From Flavobacteriales bacterium (lineage in GTDB: Bacteria; Bacteroidota; Bacteroidia; Flavobacteriales; UBA7312): a DNA stretch of 64,000 bases. The translations under genes were made by a program, and so were the position numbers. This document shows, in pieces, positions 10,255-20,556 of the stretch (position 1 is the stretch's first letter; each line of letters opens with the position of its first letter). The notes under the pieces were generated by a model, which saw only the letters and a list, made by a program, of their open reading frames with translations, made no database searches and was not told the origin of the DNA. The stretch spans positions 7,929-71,928 of the forward strand of contig CBFIDX010000002.1 of the NCBI GenBank assembly GCA_965661505.1. Reading direction: 5' to 3'.

Positions 10255-11277
10255 TTAACGAATCAAGAATGGGAAATTCTCGGTATTTTTTAAAGCAATG
10301 CCAGTACCCCTAGCTACTGCTCTTAGAGGGTCTTCGGCTACATATACGGGAAGTTTTGTCTTTTGCGAAATTCGTTTGTCTAAACCTCTTAACATCGACC
10401 CCCCTCCTGTAAGATAAATCCCCGTATTATAGATATCAGCAGAAAGTTCAGGAGGTGTTTGTCCCAAAGCGGCTAAAACAGCCTGTTCGATCTGTGCAAT
10501 TGTTTGGTCTAAAGCACGAGCAATTTCTTTGTAGGTAACAATGATTTCTTTTGGAATACCACTCATTAAATCCCTTCCGTGAACGGCAAAATGTGGGGGT
10601 GGCTCATCCAATTCTTGCAAGGCTGCTCCTACATTTATTTTAATTTTTTCTGCCATTCGTTCACCAATGTCTATGTTGTGATGATTGCGCATATATACAC
10701 GAATATCATTTGTAAAATCGTCGCCAGCAATCTTTACCGATTTGTCAGTTACAATACCGCCCAATGAAATGACTGCAATTTCAGAAGTTCCACCTCCTAT
10801 ATCAATAATCATATTTCCTTTAGGCTCTAGTACATCAACGCCAATACCAATGGCAGCAGCCATCGGTTCATGGATCAGGTATACTTCTTTTGCTCCAGCG
10901 TGTTCGGCCGAATCCTTAACAGCTCGTTTTTCTACTTCTGTGATTCCAGAAGGAATACAAATAACCATTTTGAGGGAAGGCTGAAACAATGTTTTTCTAC
11001 TCGGAATCATCTTAATCATTCCGCGAATCATTTGTTCGGCAGCTTGAAAGTCGGCAATAACTCCATCTTTTAAAGGACGGATTGTTTCGATGGTTCTATG
11101 AGTTTTTCCGTGCATTTGCTGGGCTTTTTTGCCAATAGCAACTACTTTGTTTAAGATAATGTCTTTAGCGACTATTGAAGGTTCGTCAACTACTACCTTA
11201 TCATTATTAATGATGAGCGTGTTTGCAGTACCTAAATCTATTGCAATTTCTTGCGTCATGAAATCGAAAAAACCCAT
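10255..11277 (-). CDS. mreB: Actin-like rod-shape protein MreB
   Basis: 'IAIDLGTANTLI', 'MIIDIGGGTSEIAV', 'GIYLTGGGSMLRGLD'. 340 aa. Confidence 0.95.
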   Translation of the reverse strand: MGFFDFMTQEIAIDLGTANTLIINNDKVVVDEPSIVAKDIILNKVVAIGKKAQQMHGKTHRTIETIRPLKDGVIADFQAAEQMIRGMIKMIPSRKTLFQPSLKMVICIPSGITEVEKRAVKDSAEHAGAKEVYLIHEPMAAAIGIGVDVLEPKGNMIIDIGGGTSEIAVISLGGIVTDKSVKIAGDDFTNDIRVYMRNHHNIDIGERMAEKIKINVGAALQELDEPPPHFAVHGRDLMSGIPKEIIVTYKEIARALDQTIAQIEQAVLAALGQTPPELSADIYNTGIYLTGGGSMLRGLDKRISQKTKLPVYVAEDPLRAVARGTGIALKNTENFPFLIR

Positions 11278-11289
11278 AGTTTTTGCTTT

Positions 11290-12807
11290 TTAGTGTTTAA
11301 AATGTCTTGTCCCAGTCATTACCATAGCCATTTTATTGGCATCGCAGTAGTCAATGGAAAGCTGGTCTTTTATGGAGCCTCCTGGCTGAATGACAGCACA
11401 AATGCCTTCTTTGTTTGCTATTTCCACACAATCTGGAAAAGGGAAAAAGGCATCTGATGCCATGACGGAACCATTTAAATCAAAACCAAAGTGCTTTGCT
11501 TTTTCAATGGCTTGCTTTAAGGCATCTACCCTCGATGTTTGTCCCACACCACTAGCGATAAGTTGCTTTCCTTTTGCCAATACGATGGTATTAGATTTAG
11601 TGTTTTTACAAAGTTTACTTGCAAAGGCTAAATCGACTAACTGCTCCTGTGTTGGAGTGATTTTAGTAACGGTTTTCATATCGGTGATAGCATCAGTTTT
11701 TAAGTCTTTATCTTGTTCTAAAACCCCGTTCAAGATTGTTCGAAACTGTTTCTTGCCAAGTTCAACTTGCTTCTGAACTAAGATAATGCGATTTTTTTTA
11801 CTTTTCAATACTTCAAGCGCATCTTTGTCATAAGAGGGTGCAATGACAATTTCACAGAATATTTTATTTACTTCTTGTGCTGTTGCAAGGTCCATTTTAG
11901 CATTGCAAATTAAGACACCTCCAAATGCTGAAATAGGGTCTCCTGCTAATGCTTTTTTCCATGCTTCCGTAAGAGAAGGGTTAGAAGCTAACCCGCAAGC
12001 GTTATTATGTTTTAAAATGGCGAAGGTTGTTTCTTCAAACTCGGACATTAGATCTACAGCAGCATCCACATCTAAAAGGTTGTTGTAAGACAGTTTTTTT
12101 CCGTGTAGTTGTTCAAACATTTCATCAAGATTACCATAGAAAGTCCCTTCTTGATGGGGGTTTTCTCCGTAGCGAAGTGATTGTCCTATTGTGATGCTTT
12201 TTTTAAAGCTTACCTCCTCTTTGTTGAACCAAGAGAAAATAGCTGTATCATAATGTGAGCTTATGTTAAAAGCCTTAGCTGCAAAGTTTTTCCTATGGGT
12301 TAAGTCAGTTCCGTTGTGCTGATTAAGGATTGTTAAAAAATCAGCATAATCCTTTCTGGAAGAAACGGTAATAACGTCTTTGAAATTTTTAGCAGCAGCA
12401 CGGATCAATGAAATCCCACCGATATCAATTTTTTCGATAATGTCTTGTTCTTCTGCACCAGAAGCTAATGTTTCTTCAAAAGGATAGAGGTCAACAATTA
12501 CAATGTCGAACTCCGGAATATCATATTCGTTGAGCTGCTCCATGTCGGAAGCGACTTCTCTGCGGCTCAGGATGCCTCCAAAAACTTTGGGATGTAGTGT
12601 TTTGACTCTACCTCCCAATATGGAGGGGTAAGAAGTAAGATCTTCTACTCGTTTAACGCTAACGCCTTGTTCTTCAATAAACTTTTGGGTTCCTCCTGTT
12701 GAGTATAAAGTAACTCCCATTTGGTCAAGTTTTTTTATAACTGGCTCTAACCCATCCTTATGGAAAACCGAAATCAAAGCGTTTTTTGGCGTAATTAATT
12801 TACTCAT
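11290..12807 (-). CDS. purH: Bifunctional AICAR formyltransferase / IMP cyclohydrolase PurH
   Basis: 'ALISVFHKDG', 'KTLHPKVFGGIL', 'IQPGGSIKD', C-terminal 'TGTRHFKH'. The likely start is the internal Met (MSKLITPK) at 12807, not the ORF-track start at 12858. Confidence 0.95.
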   Translation of the reverse strand: MSKLITPKNALISVFHKDGLEPVIKKLDQMGVTLYSTGGTQKFIEEQGVSVKRVEDLTSYPSILGGRVKTLHPKVFGGILSRREVASDMEQLNEYDIPEFDIVIVDLYPFEETLASGAEEQDIIEKIDIGGISLIRAAAKNFKDVITVSSRKDYADFLTILNQHNGTDLTHRKNFAAKAFNISSHYDTAIFSWFNKEEVSFKKSITIGQSLRYGENPHQEGTFYGNLDEMFEQLHGKKLSYNNLLDVDAAVDLMSEFEETTFAILKHNNACGLASNPSLTEAWKKALAGDPISAFGGVLICNAKMDLATAQEVNKIFCEIVIAPSYDKDALEVLKSKKNRIILVQKQVELGKKQFRTILNGVLEQDKDLKTDAITDMKTVTKITPTQEQLVDLAFASKLCKNTKSNTIVLAKGKQLIASGVGQTSRVDALKQAIEKAKHFGFDLNGSVMASDAFFPFPDCVEIANKEGICAVIQPGGSIKDQLSIDYCDANKMAMVMTGTRHFKH

Positions 12808-12943
12808 TTTAAATTTAACTTTACATGCAATAATATCCAAATTGCCAGTAAGATACATTGTTAAAAAAGATGTTTTTTTGATTTGTTGATAACTTTTAAC
12901 AAGCCTAAAAATTTATACATTTAGCCATCGTTTTCATTACCAT

Positions 12944-14185
12944 ATGCTATTAGTTAGATTACTCAAAGAAAGTTTGCGTTTTGCATGGCACGCACTCAGC
13001 ACTAACAAACTAAGAACCTTCCTATCATTACTAGGGGTTACTATCGGTATTCTAGCTGTAATTTCTGTATTTACCATTGTTGATTCTTTAGAAGAAAATG
13101 TGCGTTCTAGCATTGATAAGCTTGGAACAGATGTTATTTATATCCAAAAATGGCCTTGGGGAGCAGATGATAGTGGAGAGTATAAATGGTGGGATTTTTG
13201 GAAAAGACCGCAAGTAAAGCCTGACGAATTACCTAAATTGTTGGATTTGTGTCAAAAAGCCGATGCTATGGCGTTTATGATTTCTGGAAGAAGGAATCTG
13301 AAAGTTAAAAGTAATTCAATAGAAGGAGTTGAGGTCATGGCCAGTTCCTATCAGTTTGATCGCATTCGAAATTTTGATCTTGTGCGTGGGCGGTATTTCA
13401 CAGACCTAGAAATGAATGTTGGAAAAAATCATGCCCTTATTGGTTATGATGTTGCCCTGGCTCTTTTTGGTAGCATTGATGTGGTAGGAGAGCGAATTAA
13501 ACTTGGTGGAAGAAAAGCAATCATCATTGGTGTATTTGCCAAAGAAGGGGAAGATATTACCGGAAATTCCATGGATACAGCCGTTTTGATTCCTGTAAAT
13601 TTTGGAAGGAGTATTTTAAATATCCGTAATGCAGATCCAATGCTCATGGTAAAGGCCAAGAGTGGAATTGAGAAATCTGAGTTAAAAGACGAATTACGAG
13701 GAGCAATGAGGAGCATACGTAAGTTAAAGCCACAGATGCCTGATAATTTTGCCTTGAATGAAATCTCCGTTATCTCATCGGCTCTTGACTCAGTGTTTTC
13801 AGTAATTGGATTAGCAGGTTGGGTAATCGGTGGTTTTTCTATTCTAGTAGGGGGTTTTGGAATTGCCAATATCATGTTTGTTTCTGTAAAAGAACGCACC
13901 AAGTTAATTGGAATTCAGAAAGCGCTTGGGGCTAAAAATAATTTTATATTGATGCAATTTCTCCTCGAGTCGATTATTCTCTGTTTGATAGGAGGAGCCT
14001 TAGGACTACTGATGGTTTTTGGATTGGCTACTACAGCTACTAAACTTAGTGATTTTAGTATTCAGCTAAGTCTAGAAAATATCATTCTTGGACTATCGGT
14101 GTCCATTATCATAGGCATTGTGTCTGGAATCGTGCCGGCATTGTCGGCAGCACGCCTAGATCCAGTAGAAGCAATAAGGCGCTAA
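12944..14185 (+). CDS. MacB/FtsX-type ABC transporter permease (no ATPase gene adjacent)
   Basis: N-terminal TM helix, a large periplasmic domain, and a C-terminal FtsX 4-TM bundle ('ERTKLIGIQKALGAKNNFI', '...AARLDPVEAIR'). Confidence 0.8.
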   Translation: MLLVRLLKESLRFAWHALSTNKLRTFLSLLGVTIGILAVISVFTIVDSLEENVRSSIDKLGTDVIYIQKWPWGADDSGEYKWWDFWKRPQVKPDELPKLLDLCQKADAMAFMISGRRNLKVKSNSIEGVEVMASSYQFDRIRNFDLVRGRYFTDLEMNVGKNHALIGYDVALALFGSIDVVGERIKLGGRKAIIIGVFAKEGEDITGNSMDTAVLIPVNFGRSILNIRNADPMLMVKAKSGIEKSELKDELRGAMRSIRKLKPQMPDNFALNEISVISSALDSVFSVIGLAGWVIGGFSILVGGFGIANIMFVSVKERTKLIGIQKALGAKNNFILMQFLLESIILCLIGGALGLLMVFGLATTATKLSDFSIQLSLENIILGLSVSIIIGIVSGIVPALSAARLDPVEAIRR

Positions 14186-14189
14186 ACAA

Positions 14190-16007
14190 TTAACGAATCA
14201 TTACAGAACGGGATACCTTTCCAGCTGATGTTTCAATTAAAACAGTGTAAACACCAGGAGCATACTGGTTCGCATCAAAAAAGTAGTTGCTTTGGCCTGC
14301 ATTTAAAAGCCCTTTAAAAATCACTTCATTTTCACGACCCAAAACATCTACTAAAGTTACTTTTGCAAATGTTGTTTGCTCAACTGAAATAGGAATGCAT
14401 GTTATTGCCGATGCAGGATTAGGGAATACATCTAGATTAATTGCACTCAAATCTTCAATTTGAGTGCTGCTGTTTCCACTTACCTTAAAATCAAAATATC
14501 CATCTGGAGCAGGTAAAGGTCGATTGACCATTTTTCCATTGTTTGCTGTTGCTTCGATGTAATAATAAACTGTGCTTCCACTTTGAATCGTACCTGGGAT
14601 ATTCCCCTCCCAAGTGGTTCCTGAAGTGTTGTTCATAGCGATTGGTGAACTATATCCTGCATTAAGGTCTGTGGTAAAGTAAACATTGGCAGAAGAAATA
14701 CCACTAGTATGCTGAATATTTGCGGAAACCGTATAGTTAGAGAGTACAGTAGTATCTTGTAGCGACTGATGTTGAATCAATAAAGGTTCGTCAACCCCTA
14801 CAGAATGGGTGATGCAATGAATCGCTCCGCTGTATGAAATTAGGTTAGTGCCATTGTCATCAACATCAATGCCCACAATAGTATAGCCAGGTAAAGCATT
14901 TTCGTATATACGTTGCGCTATGGTATCGTATTCCTCTCTATAAAACGGAACTAGAACGGTGTTGTTGACAAAAACGGAATTAGTATAAGTACGGTAATAA
15001 CCATTGTTGTCTGGGTAATATCCTCCTGAGCTTGGCGGAGAAGGAATGCGTACAACCTTGTAGTCCGTTCCAAATGCTGAGTTATAATTGTTTAAAACGT
15101 AGAGTAAGTTTGCCTCAATCTGTGGGCCGTCAGCAACTCCATTTGGGTATTCAGCCATAAGGATGGTTTCTTCATCCAAAAGTTTCATGTGCATATCTAT
15201 GTGATGAATCCCATCATAAGGCAATGTTTCCATTATAATGTAGTTGTCTATACCCATAAACTGTTGCAAAATGTTTTCAATATCCGTTAAAGAGTGATTA
15301 GGATAAAAAACATCTCCAGCAGGACCGTTCCAGGCATAACCACCACTATTTTCATCTTCAATTAGCTTAGAAGAAAATGCAGTTCCCATTCCGTCACTCA
15401 TAAAATTTCCGCCAGTGGCCATTAAATCGTACGGAGGTTCCGTGGTATTGTACATATCAATATCTAGAAAATCAGCAATGTATTCCGGAACGAGATCGTC
15501 GTTTGGTCTGTTACGATTATAAATCCAATCTACTAAGATTCGTTCTTCAACATCGTTTTTGTAAACGGTATTTTGTCCATAGTCACGCATCCATATATTA
15601 TCGAAATTAGTTTCGATAAACGAGACGTTGGCGGTGCTTACACCGATTCCAGTTAAATAGTTGGCTACGCTGTTTTGATCATCGCAAATAATAACCACAT
15701 CACACTCACTTACAGCATGTTCTACAATTTGACCAAGTATCACTTCTTCCGTAATGCCATAGCTGGTACTCCACGTTATGGTCAGCGCCTCAATCTCTTC
15801 CCATTCTGCCATTGTACGAACACTAACGTTGGGTGGGGTAGTGAATATGGTAGCGTTGGCCCTTTTGTTTAGGTAAGGGTTATCCATGACCCCAATACTT
15901 TCCAAGAACCCTTTTTCACGTTCATTTGGTGCCAAGCCCTTTGGAAGTTCTTGAGCTTGTACGAAACCGATCAGACAAACAAAAATAAATAGATTTAGAT
16001 ATTTCAT
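14190..16007 (-). CDS. Secreted PAD_porph-family guanidino-group deiminase (agmatine/peptidylarginine deiminase-like) with T9SS C-terminal sorting domain
   Basis: Signal peptide (FVQA|QE). Family motifs 'NIWMRDYGQ', 'ATGGNFMSDGMGT', 'GIHHIDMHMK' and catalytic-Cys motif 'SGAIHCITH'. C-terminal about 80 aa match the Por_Secre_tail pattern ('LDVFPNPAS...VTLVDVLGRE...APGVYTVLIET...'). Confidence 0.8.
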   Translation of the reverse strand: MKYLNLFIFVCLIGFVQAQELPKGLAPNEREKGFLESIGVMDNPYLNKRANATIFTTPPNVSVRTMAEWEEIEALTITWSTSYGITEEVILGQIVEHAVSECDVVIICDDQNSVANYLTGIGVSTANVSFIETNFDNIWMRDYGQNTVYKNDVEERILVDWIYNRNRPNDDLVPEYIADFLDIDMYNTTEPPYDLMATGGNFMSDGMGTAFSSKLIEDENSGGYAWNGPAGDVFYPNHSLTDIENILQQFMGIDNYIIMETLPYDGIHHIDMHMKLLDEETILMAEYPNGVADGPQIEANLLYVLNNYNSAFGTDYKVVRIPSPPSSGGYYPDNNGYYRTYTNSVFVNNTVLVPFYREEYDTIAQRIYENALPGYTIVGIDVDDNGTNLISYSGAIHCITHSVGVDEPLLIQHQSLQDTTVLSNYTVSANIQHTSGISSANVYFTTDLNAGYSSPIAMNNTSGTTWEGNIPGTIQSGSTVYYYIEATANNGKMVNRPLPAPDGYFDFKVSGNSSTQIEDLSAINLDVFPNPASAITCIPISVEQTTFAKVTLVDVLGRENEVIFKGLLNAGQSNYFFDANQYAPGVYTVLIETSAGKVSRSVMIR

Positions 16008-16136
16008 TATTTTACAGCTAATTTAACACCTACAAATTTATTAAAGATAAGTGGAACTTTTGTTAAGAAGCCATTAAATCTAAATGCCATAACAAAAGGT
16101 TAAAAAAAATCAAAAGCACTTTTCGGACCTGTTCTT

Positions 16137-19100
16137 TCAATTGACTTTTGCGTCATCGGAAAGAATCTGTTTGCATACTTCGATGGCTTTGTTTATACTC
16201 TCAATGTTATTAATGCGTAATAGGTGTTTGCCTTTTACTTCTTTCATTTCACATTTTCGGTGATTTTTTTTGAGGTAGTCAAGCGTTTTGCTGAAGGCTT
16301 GGGTTTGAAAGTACCCACTCTCTTGAGAAGGGAAGTAACCACTCAGTTTGTGGTGCTTAATAGAGACCCTTTTGAAGCCAATTTTTTTAGCCAGCCATCT
16401 CAGTTTTAGCGAGTCAAGTAATTCTAAAACTTCTTTAGGAGGAGGGCCAAACCGATCATTTAGTTGTGTTTGGAAAAGCCCTAGTTCTTCCTTGGTTTTG
16501 AGTTCGTTTAGCGTTTTGTATAAACTAAGTCGCTCCGAAATACTGCTAACATATTCTTCAGGAATAAGAACTTCTAAATCTGTGTCTAATTGGCAATCAC
16601 TATGTAACTCAGCCGATTGGTTTTCGTTGTATAGGTCTTTAAACTCATTTTCTTTCAATTCTCGAATTGCTTCGTCTAAGATCTTTTGATACATGTCAAA
16701 ACCGATATCGCTAATAAACCCACTTTGCTCAGCACCCAACAGATCGCCAGCCCCACGAATGTCAAGGTCTCGCATTGCGATATTGAACCCACTGCCTAGT
16801 TCGGAAAATTGCTGTAATGCATTTAACCTTTTTCGTGCATCAGGGGTTAACGCATAGGAGGGTGGGGCTAGTAAATAACAAAAAGCTTTTTTATTTGAGC
16901 GACCAACACGTCCACGCATTTGGTGTAAATCGCTTAATCCAAAATTATTGGCATCATTTATAATAATGGTATTAGCGTTCGGAATATCAAGTCCACTTTC
17001 AATAATGGTGGTGGATACAAGTACGTCAAATTCACCTTCCATAAAAGAAAGCATTAAACTCTCCAGCTTCTTACCTTCCATCTGGCCATGTCCAACACCT
17101 ATTTTAGCAGTAGGGCAAAGTCGTTGTATCAGCCCTGCTACTTCCTTTATATTGTCAATTCTATTGTGTACAAAATAGATTTGTCCACCCCTAGAAACTT
17201 CATAGCTGATGGCATCTCTTATTAGTTCCTCATCGAAGGTGTAGACTTCTGTCTGAACAGGATAACGATTAGGTGGTGGAGTATTGATTACAGATAAGTC
17301 TCTAGCACCCATTAATGAAAACTGCAATGTTCTGGGAATAGGGGTAGCCGTTAGCGTTAATGTGTCTACATTGGCTTTAAAAGTTTTGAGTTTATCTTTT
17401 ACAGAAACTCCAAACTTTTGTTCTTCATCTATTACAAGTAAACCAAGGTCTTTGAAGGCAACATCTTTGCCTACAATACGGTGAGTCCCAATAAGAATAT
17501 CAACCGATCCATCTGCCACAGCTTTTAGTGTTTCTCTTTGTTCTTTTGCGGAGCGAAAACGATTTATATAATCTACTTTACAAGGCAGTCCTTTTAATCT
17601 GTTTTTGAAGCTTTTTGCATGTTGCATTGCCAGAATAGTGGTAGGTACTAATACCGCTACTTGTTTGTTATCGGCAACAGCCTTGAAAGCAGCTCTAATT
17701 GCTACTTCTGTTTTTCCAAATCCAACATCTCCACAAATCAGACGATCCATGGGAATGGTGTTTTCCATGTCTTCTTTAACTGCTTGTGTAGCTTTGAATT
17801 GATCGGGAGTATCTTCATAGATAAATGATGCCTCTAGTTCGTGCTGCAAGAAGCTGTCTGGAGCATAGGCAAATCCTTTTTGTGCTTTTCGCTTTGCATA
17901 AAGCTGAATAAGGTCATAAGCGATTTGCTTAACCCTGTTTTTAGTCTTGGCTTTGGTTTTCTGCCATTGCCCAGAGCCCAGCTTATTAGTTTTAGGTTCT
18001 GCACCATCCTTGCCACTGTATTTTGATATTTTATGAAGCGAATGAATGCTGATAAAAAGGGTATCGTTATCCTTGTATAGAAGTTTGATGGCTTCCTGCT
18101 TTTTTCCGTTTACATCTATTTTGTGAAGCCCTGCAAATTTTCCAATTCCATGATCAATATGCGTTACATAATCACCAGCTTGTAAGTTAGTGAGTTGTTT
18201 TAGGGTAATGGCTTGTTTGTTGGCATATGCAGTTTTTAATCTAAACTTATGGTACCGTTCAAAAATTTGATGATCGGTATAGCAAGAGATTTTTTTTTGA
18301 TGATCAATAAATCCTTTATTCAAGCTGAATAGCAAGGGACTAAACATCACTTCCTTATCAAGGTCTTCAAAAATCTTTTCAAAACGATCAACTTGTTGGC
18401 GACTCGCGCAGAGGATGAGGTTTTGATAGTTGTTTTCTTGCCCTTTTTGCAGGTCGGCAGCTAAGAGGTTAAACTGTTTGTTGAAAGTGGGTTGTGGTGT
18501 TGAGCGAAACTCATAGCTATGATTGGCTTTGTAATGGAAGGTATTTCCAAATTCAATAATTGGATAATCCTCTATTTGTTTTGCAAAATCAGCCCCATTT
18601 AGAAATAATTTGCTGGGAGATAATCGTTTAAGTGGACTTTCTTTTAGATCATTAAAAGCATCTTGCGCCTTTTCAAAAAAACCATCTAATTTCCCTTTAG
18701 AGAGTTTAATATTTTTTATCCAAATAATTGTTTTAGAAGGAAGGTAGTTCAGAAAACTCTCTTGACTTTCTAATAGTAATTGTTCTTGAACATTGGGGAT
18801 GATGCAAAAATGTTTAAATGTTTCAAGAGATAACTGAGAATTGATATCGAACGAGCGAATGCTTTCTATTTCTTCATCAAAAAACTCTACTCTGTAAGGT
18901 AAATCATTAGAAAATGAAAAAATATCTACAATGCCACCTCGAATAGAATATTGACCTGGTTCAATAACAAATTCAACTCGTTTAAATCCATACTCCTGTA
19001 GTGTAGTATTAAGGAAGTCGATGGATAATAAATCTCCAATATGAACATCTAGAGAGTTTTTTTTGAGGTGTTTCTTTCCAACAACTTTCTCAAATAACGC

Positions 19101-19475
19101 TTCTGGATAGCTAACGATAATGGGCTGCTTTTGATGAGTTAAAATATTTAACACCTCTGCTCTTAGTAAAACGTTGGCATTATCGGTTTCCTCTATTTGA
19201 TAGGGTCTTCTGTAAGAACTTGGAAAAAAAAGTGTTTCTTTTTTTAGTAAATTTTCTAAGTCATTTAGAAAATAGGCTGCTTCTTCTTTATCGGATAAAA
19301 TAAAAAGATGTGGTCGCTTTATTTCTTTGGTGATGTTAGCAGCTAAAAGCGCATCTTGGGAGCCAATCAATCCCTTAAACTGCACCTTGGTCTTTGGATG
19401 AGTATCTAAAGATTGATTTAGTATTTTAGATGCCTCGTGCTCTTTGTATAATTGTATGAACTGTGATGTATTCAC
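16137..19475 (-). CDS. mfd: Transcription-repair coupling factor Mfd
   Basis: 1112 aa. Helicase motifs 'GDVGFGKTEVA', 'VIDEEQKFGV', 'LTLTATPIPRT'. GTG start abuts the fbp stop. Confidence 0.95.
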   Translation of the reverse strand: MNTSQFIQLYKEHEASKILNQSLDTHPKTKVQFKGLIGSQDALLAANITKEIKRPHLFILSDKEEAAYFLNDLENLLKKETLFFPSSYRRPYQIEETDNANVLLRAEVLNILTHQKQPIIVSYPEALFEKVVGKKHLKKNSLDVHIGDLLSIDFLNTTLQEYGFKRVEFVIEPGQYSIRGGIVDIFSFSNDLPYRVEFFDEEIESIRSFDINSQLSLETFKHFCIIPNVQEQLLLESQESFLNYLPSKTIIWIKNIKLSKGKLDGFFEKAQDAFNDLKESPLKRLSPSKLFLNGADFAKQIEDYPIIEFGNTFHYKANHSYEFRSTPQPTFNKQFNLLAADLQKGQENNYQNLILCASRQQVDRFEKIFEDLDKEVMFSPLLFSLNKGFIDHQKKISCYTDHQIFERYHKFRLKTAYANKQAITLKQLTNLQAGDYVTHIDHGIGKFAGLHKIDVNGKKQEAIKLLYKDNDTLFISIHSLHKISKYSGKDGAEPKTNKLGSGQWQKTKAKTKNRVKQIAYDLIQLYAKRKAQKGFAYAPDSFLQHELEASFIYEDTPDQFKATQAVKEDMENTIPMDRLICGDVGFGKTEVAIRAAFKAVADNKQVAVLVPTTILAMQHAKSFKNRLKGLPCKVDYINRFRSAKEQRETLKAVADGSVDILIGTHRIVGKDVAFKDLGLLVIDEEQKFGVSVKDKLKTFKANVDTLTLTATPIPRTLQFSLMGARDLSVINTPPPNRYPVQTEVYTFDEELIRDAISYEVSRGGQIYFVHNRIDNIKEVAGLIQRLCPTAKIGVGHGQMEGKKLESLMLSFMEGEFDVLVSTTIIESGLDIPNANTIIINDANNFGLSDLHQMRGRVGRSNKKAFCYLLAPPSYALTPDARKRLNALQQFSELGSGFNIAMRDLDIRGAGDLLGAEQSGFISDIGFDMYQKILDEAIRELKENEFKDLYNENQSAELHSDCQLDTDLEVLIPEEYVSSISERLSLYKTLNELKTKEELGLFQTQLNDRFGPPPKEVLELLDSLKLRWLAKKIGFKRVSIKHHKLSGYFPSQESGYFQTQAFSKTLDYLKKNHRKCEMKEVKGKHLLRINNIESINKAIEVCKQILSDDAKVN

Positions 19476-20474
19476 TTATGCATTCATGTAGCTTTCGGCT
19501 TTTTCTACCATTTCTGAAGAGCCGATAAAGAAAGGCACGCGTTGGTGCAAGTCATTGGGTACAATATCAAGAATTCTATTTTTTCCATCGGACGCTTTTC
19601 CTCCTGCTTGTTCTATGATCCAAGCTAAAGGAGCACATTCGTAGAGTAGTCTTAGGCGGCCAGAAGGGGCCGCTGTTGTTTGAGGGTAAACATAGACGCC
19701 TCCTTTTAATAAGTTTCGATGAAAGTCTGCCACCAAAGAGCCCATAAAGCGGGCTGTATGTGTTCTTTTTCCGCTTTTGTCGGTTTGCTGGCAAAAGGAA
19801 ATGTAATTTTTCACTCCCTTAGGCATGGTGTTTAAATTAGCCTCATTGATGGAGTAAATTTCACCCGTTGTAGGAGATTTAATATTGGGGTGAGAAAGGC
19901 AAAATTCACCAATGGAAGGATCTAGCGTAAATCCATTAACGCCATGCCCTGTGGTATAGACCAACATAGTTGATGATCCATATATCACATAACCCGCAAC
20001 TACTTGTTCTGTTCCAGCTTTAAAAAAATCTTCTTTAGAAACGTTTTTACTATAATCTGTTCGCTGAAAAATAGAGAAAATGGTACCTACCGATACATTT
20101 ACGTCAATATTTGATGATCCATCAAGGGGATCCATGCTGACAAGGTATTTTCCGTTTTTTGAGTTGGCACCATCAAGAATGATAATATCCTCATTTTCTT
20201 CGGAAGCAACAGCGGCACATTCTCCGCCAGATTTAAAAGCAGCAATAAACTGATTATTAGCATAGATATCTAGCTTTTTAACGGGCTCACCTTGTATGTT
20301 TTCTTGATCCACATCTCCTAAAATATCGACTAAGCCTGCTTTGTTAATTTCACGATGAACAATTTTTGAGGCAATAGCAATGTCATTTAACAAACGACTT
20401 AAATCTCCTTTGGCGCCAGGATTAAGTGCTTGTTGGTCCGTAATAAATTCAGTAAGTGTAGTTATTTTTCCCAT
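19476..20474 (-). CDS. fbp: Fructose-1,6-bisphosphatase class 1
   Basis: '[22 protein letters not shown]', '[21 protein letters not shown]'. Confidence 0.95.
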   Translation of the reverse strand: MGKITTLTEFITDQQALNPGAKGDLSRLLNDIAIASKIVHREINKAGLVDILGDVDQENIQGEPVKKLDIYANNQFIAAFKSGGECAAVASEENEDIIILDGANSKNGKYLVSMDPLDGSSNIDVNVSVGTIFSIFQRTDYSKNVSKEDFFKAGTEQVVAGYVIYGSSTMLVYTTGHGVNGFTLDPSIGEFCLSHPNIKSPTTGEIYSINEANLNTMPKGVKNYISFCQQTDKSGKRTHTARFMGSLVADFHRNLLKGGVYVYPQTTAAPSGRLRLLYECAPLAWIIEQAGGKASDGKNRILDIVPNDLHQRVPFFIGSSEMVEKAESYMNA

Positions 20475-20556
20475 AGTATAATTATAGACTGCAAATATCT
20501 AATAAATAAGGTAATGATGTAACACTAAGGACAGGGAAAAAAATTAACTTTGCTTT

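Noticed and set aside
12808-12858. Longer N-terminal extensions offered by the ORF track: purH 12858, groES 34621, sigma-54 activator 37453, ctaA 31149, wecA-like 62629
   Set aside because: The extra residues are non-homologous to the families. They overlap upstream genes or promoter boxes, and internal ATG/GTG codons give canonical N-termini and the usual stop/start overlaps.
20545-20552. TAACTTTG (TAnnTTTG match) upstream of the GNAT gene, considered as its promoter
   Set aside because: It ends only 4 nt before the annotated ATG, so the transcript would start at or inside the start codon. This is not supportable without TSS data.
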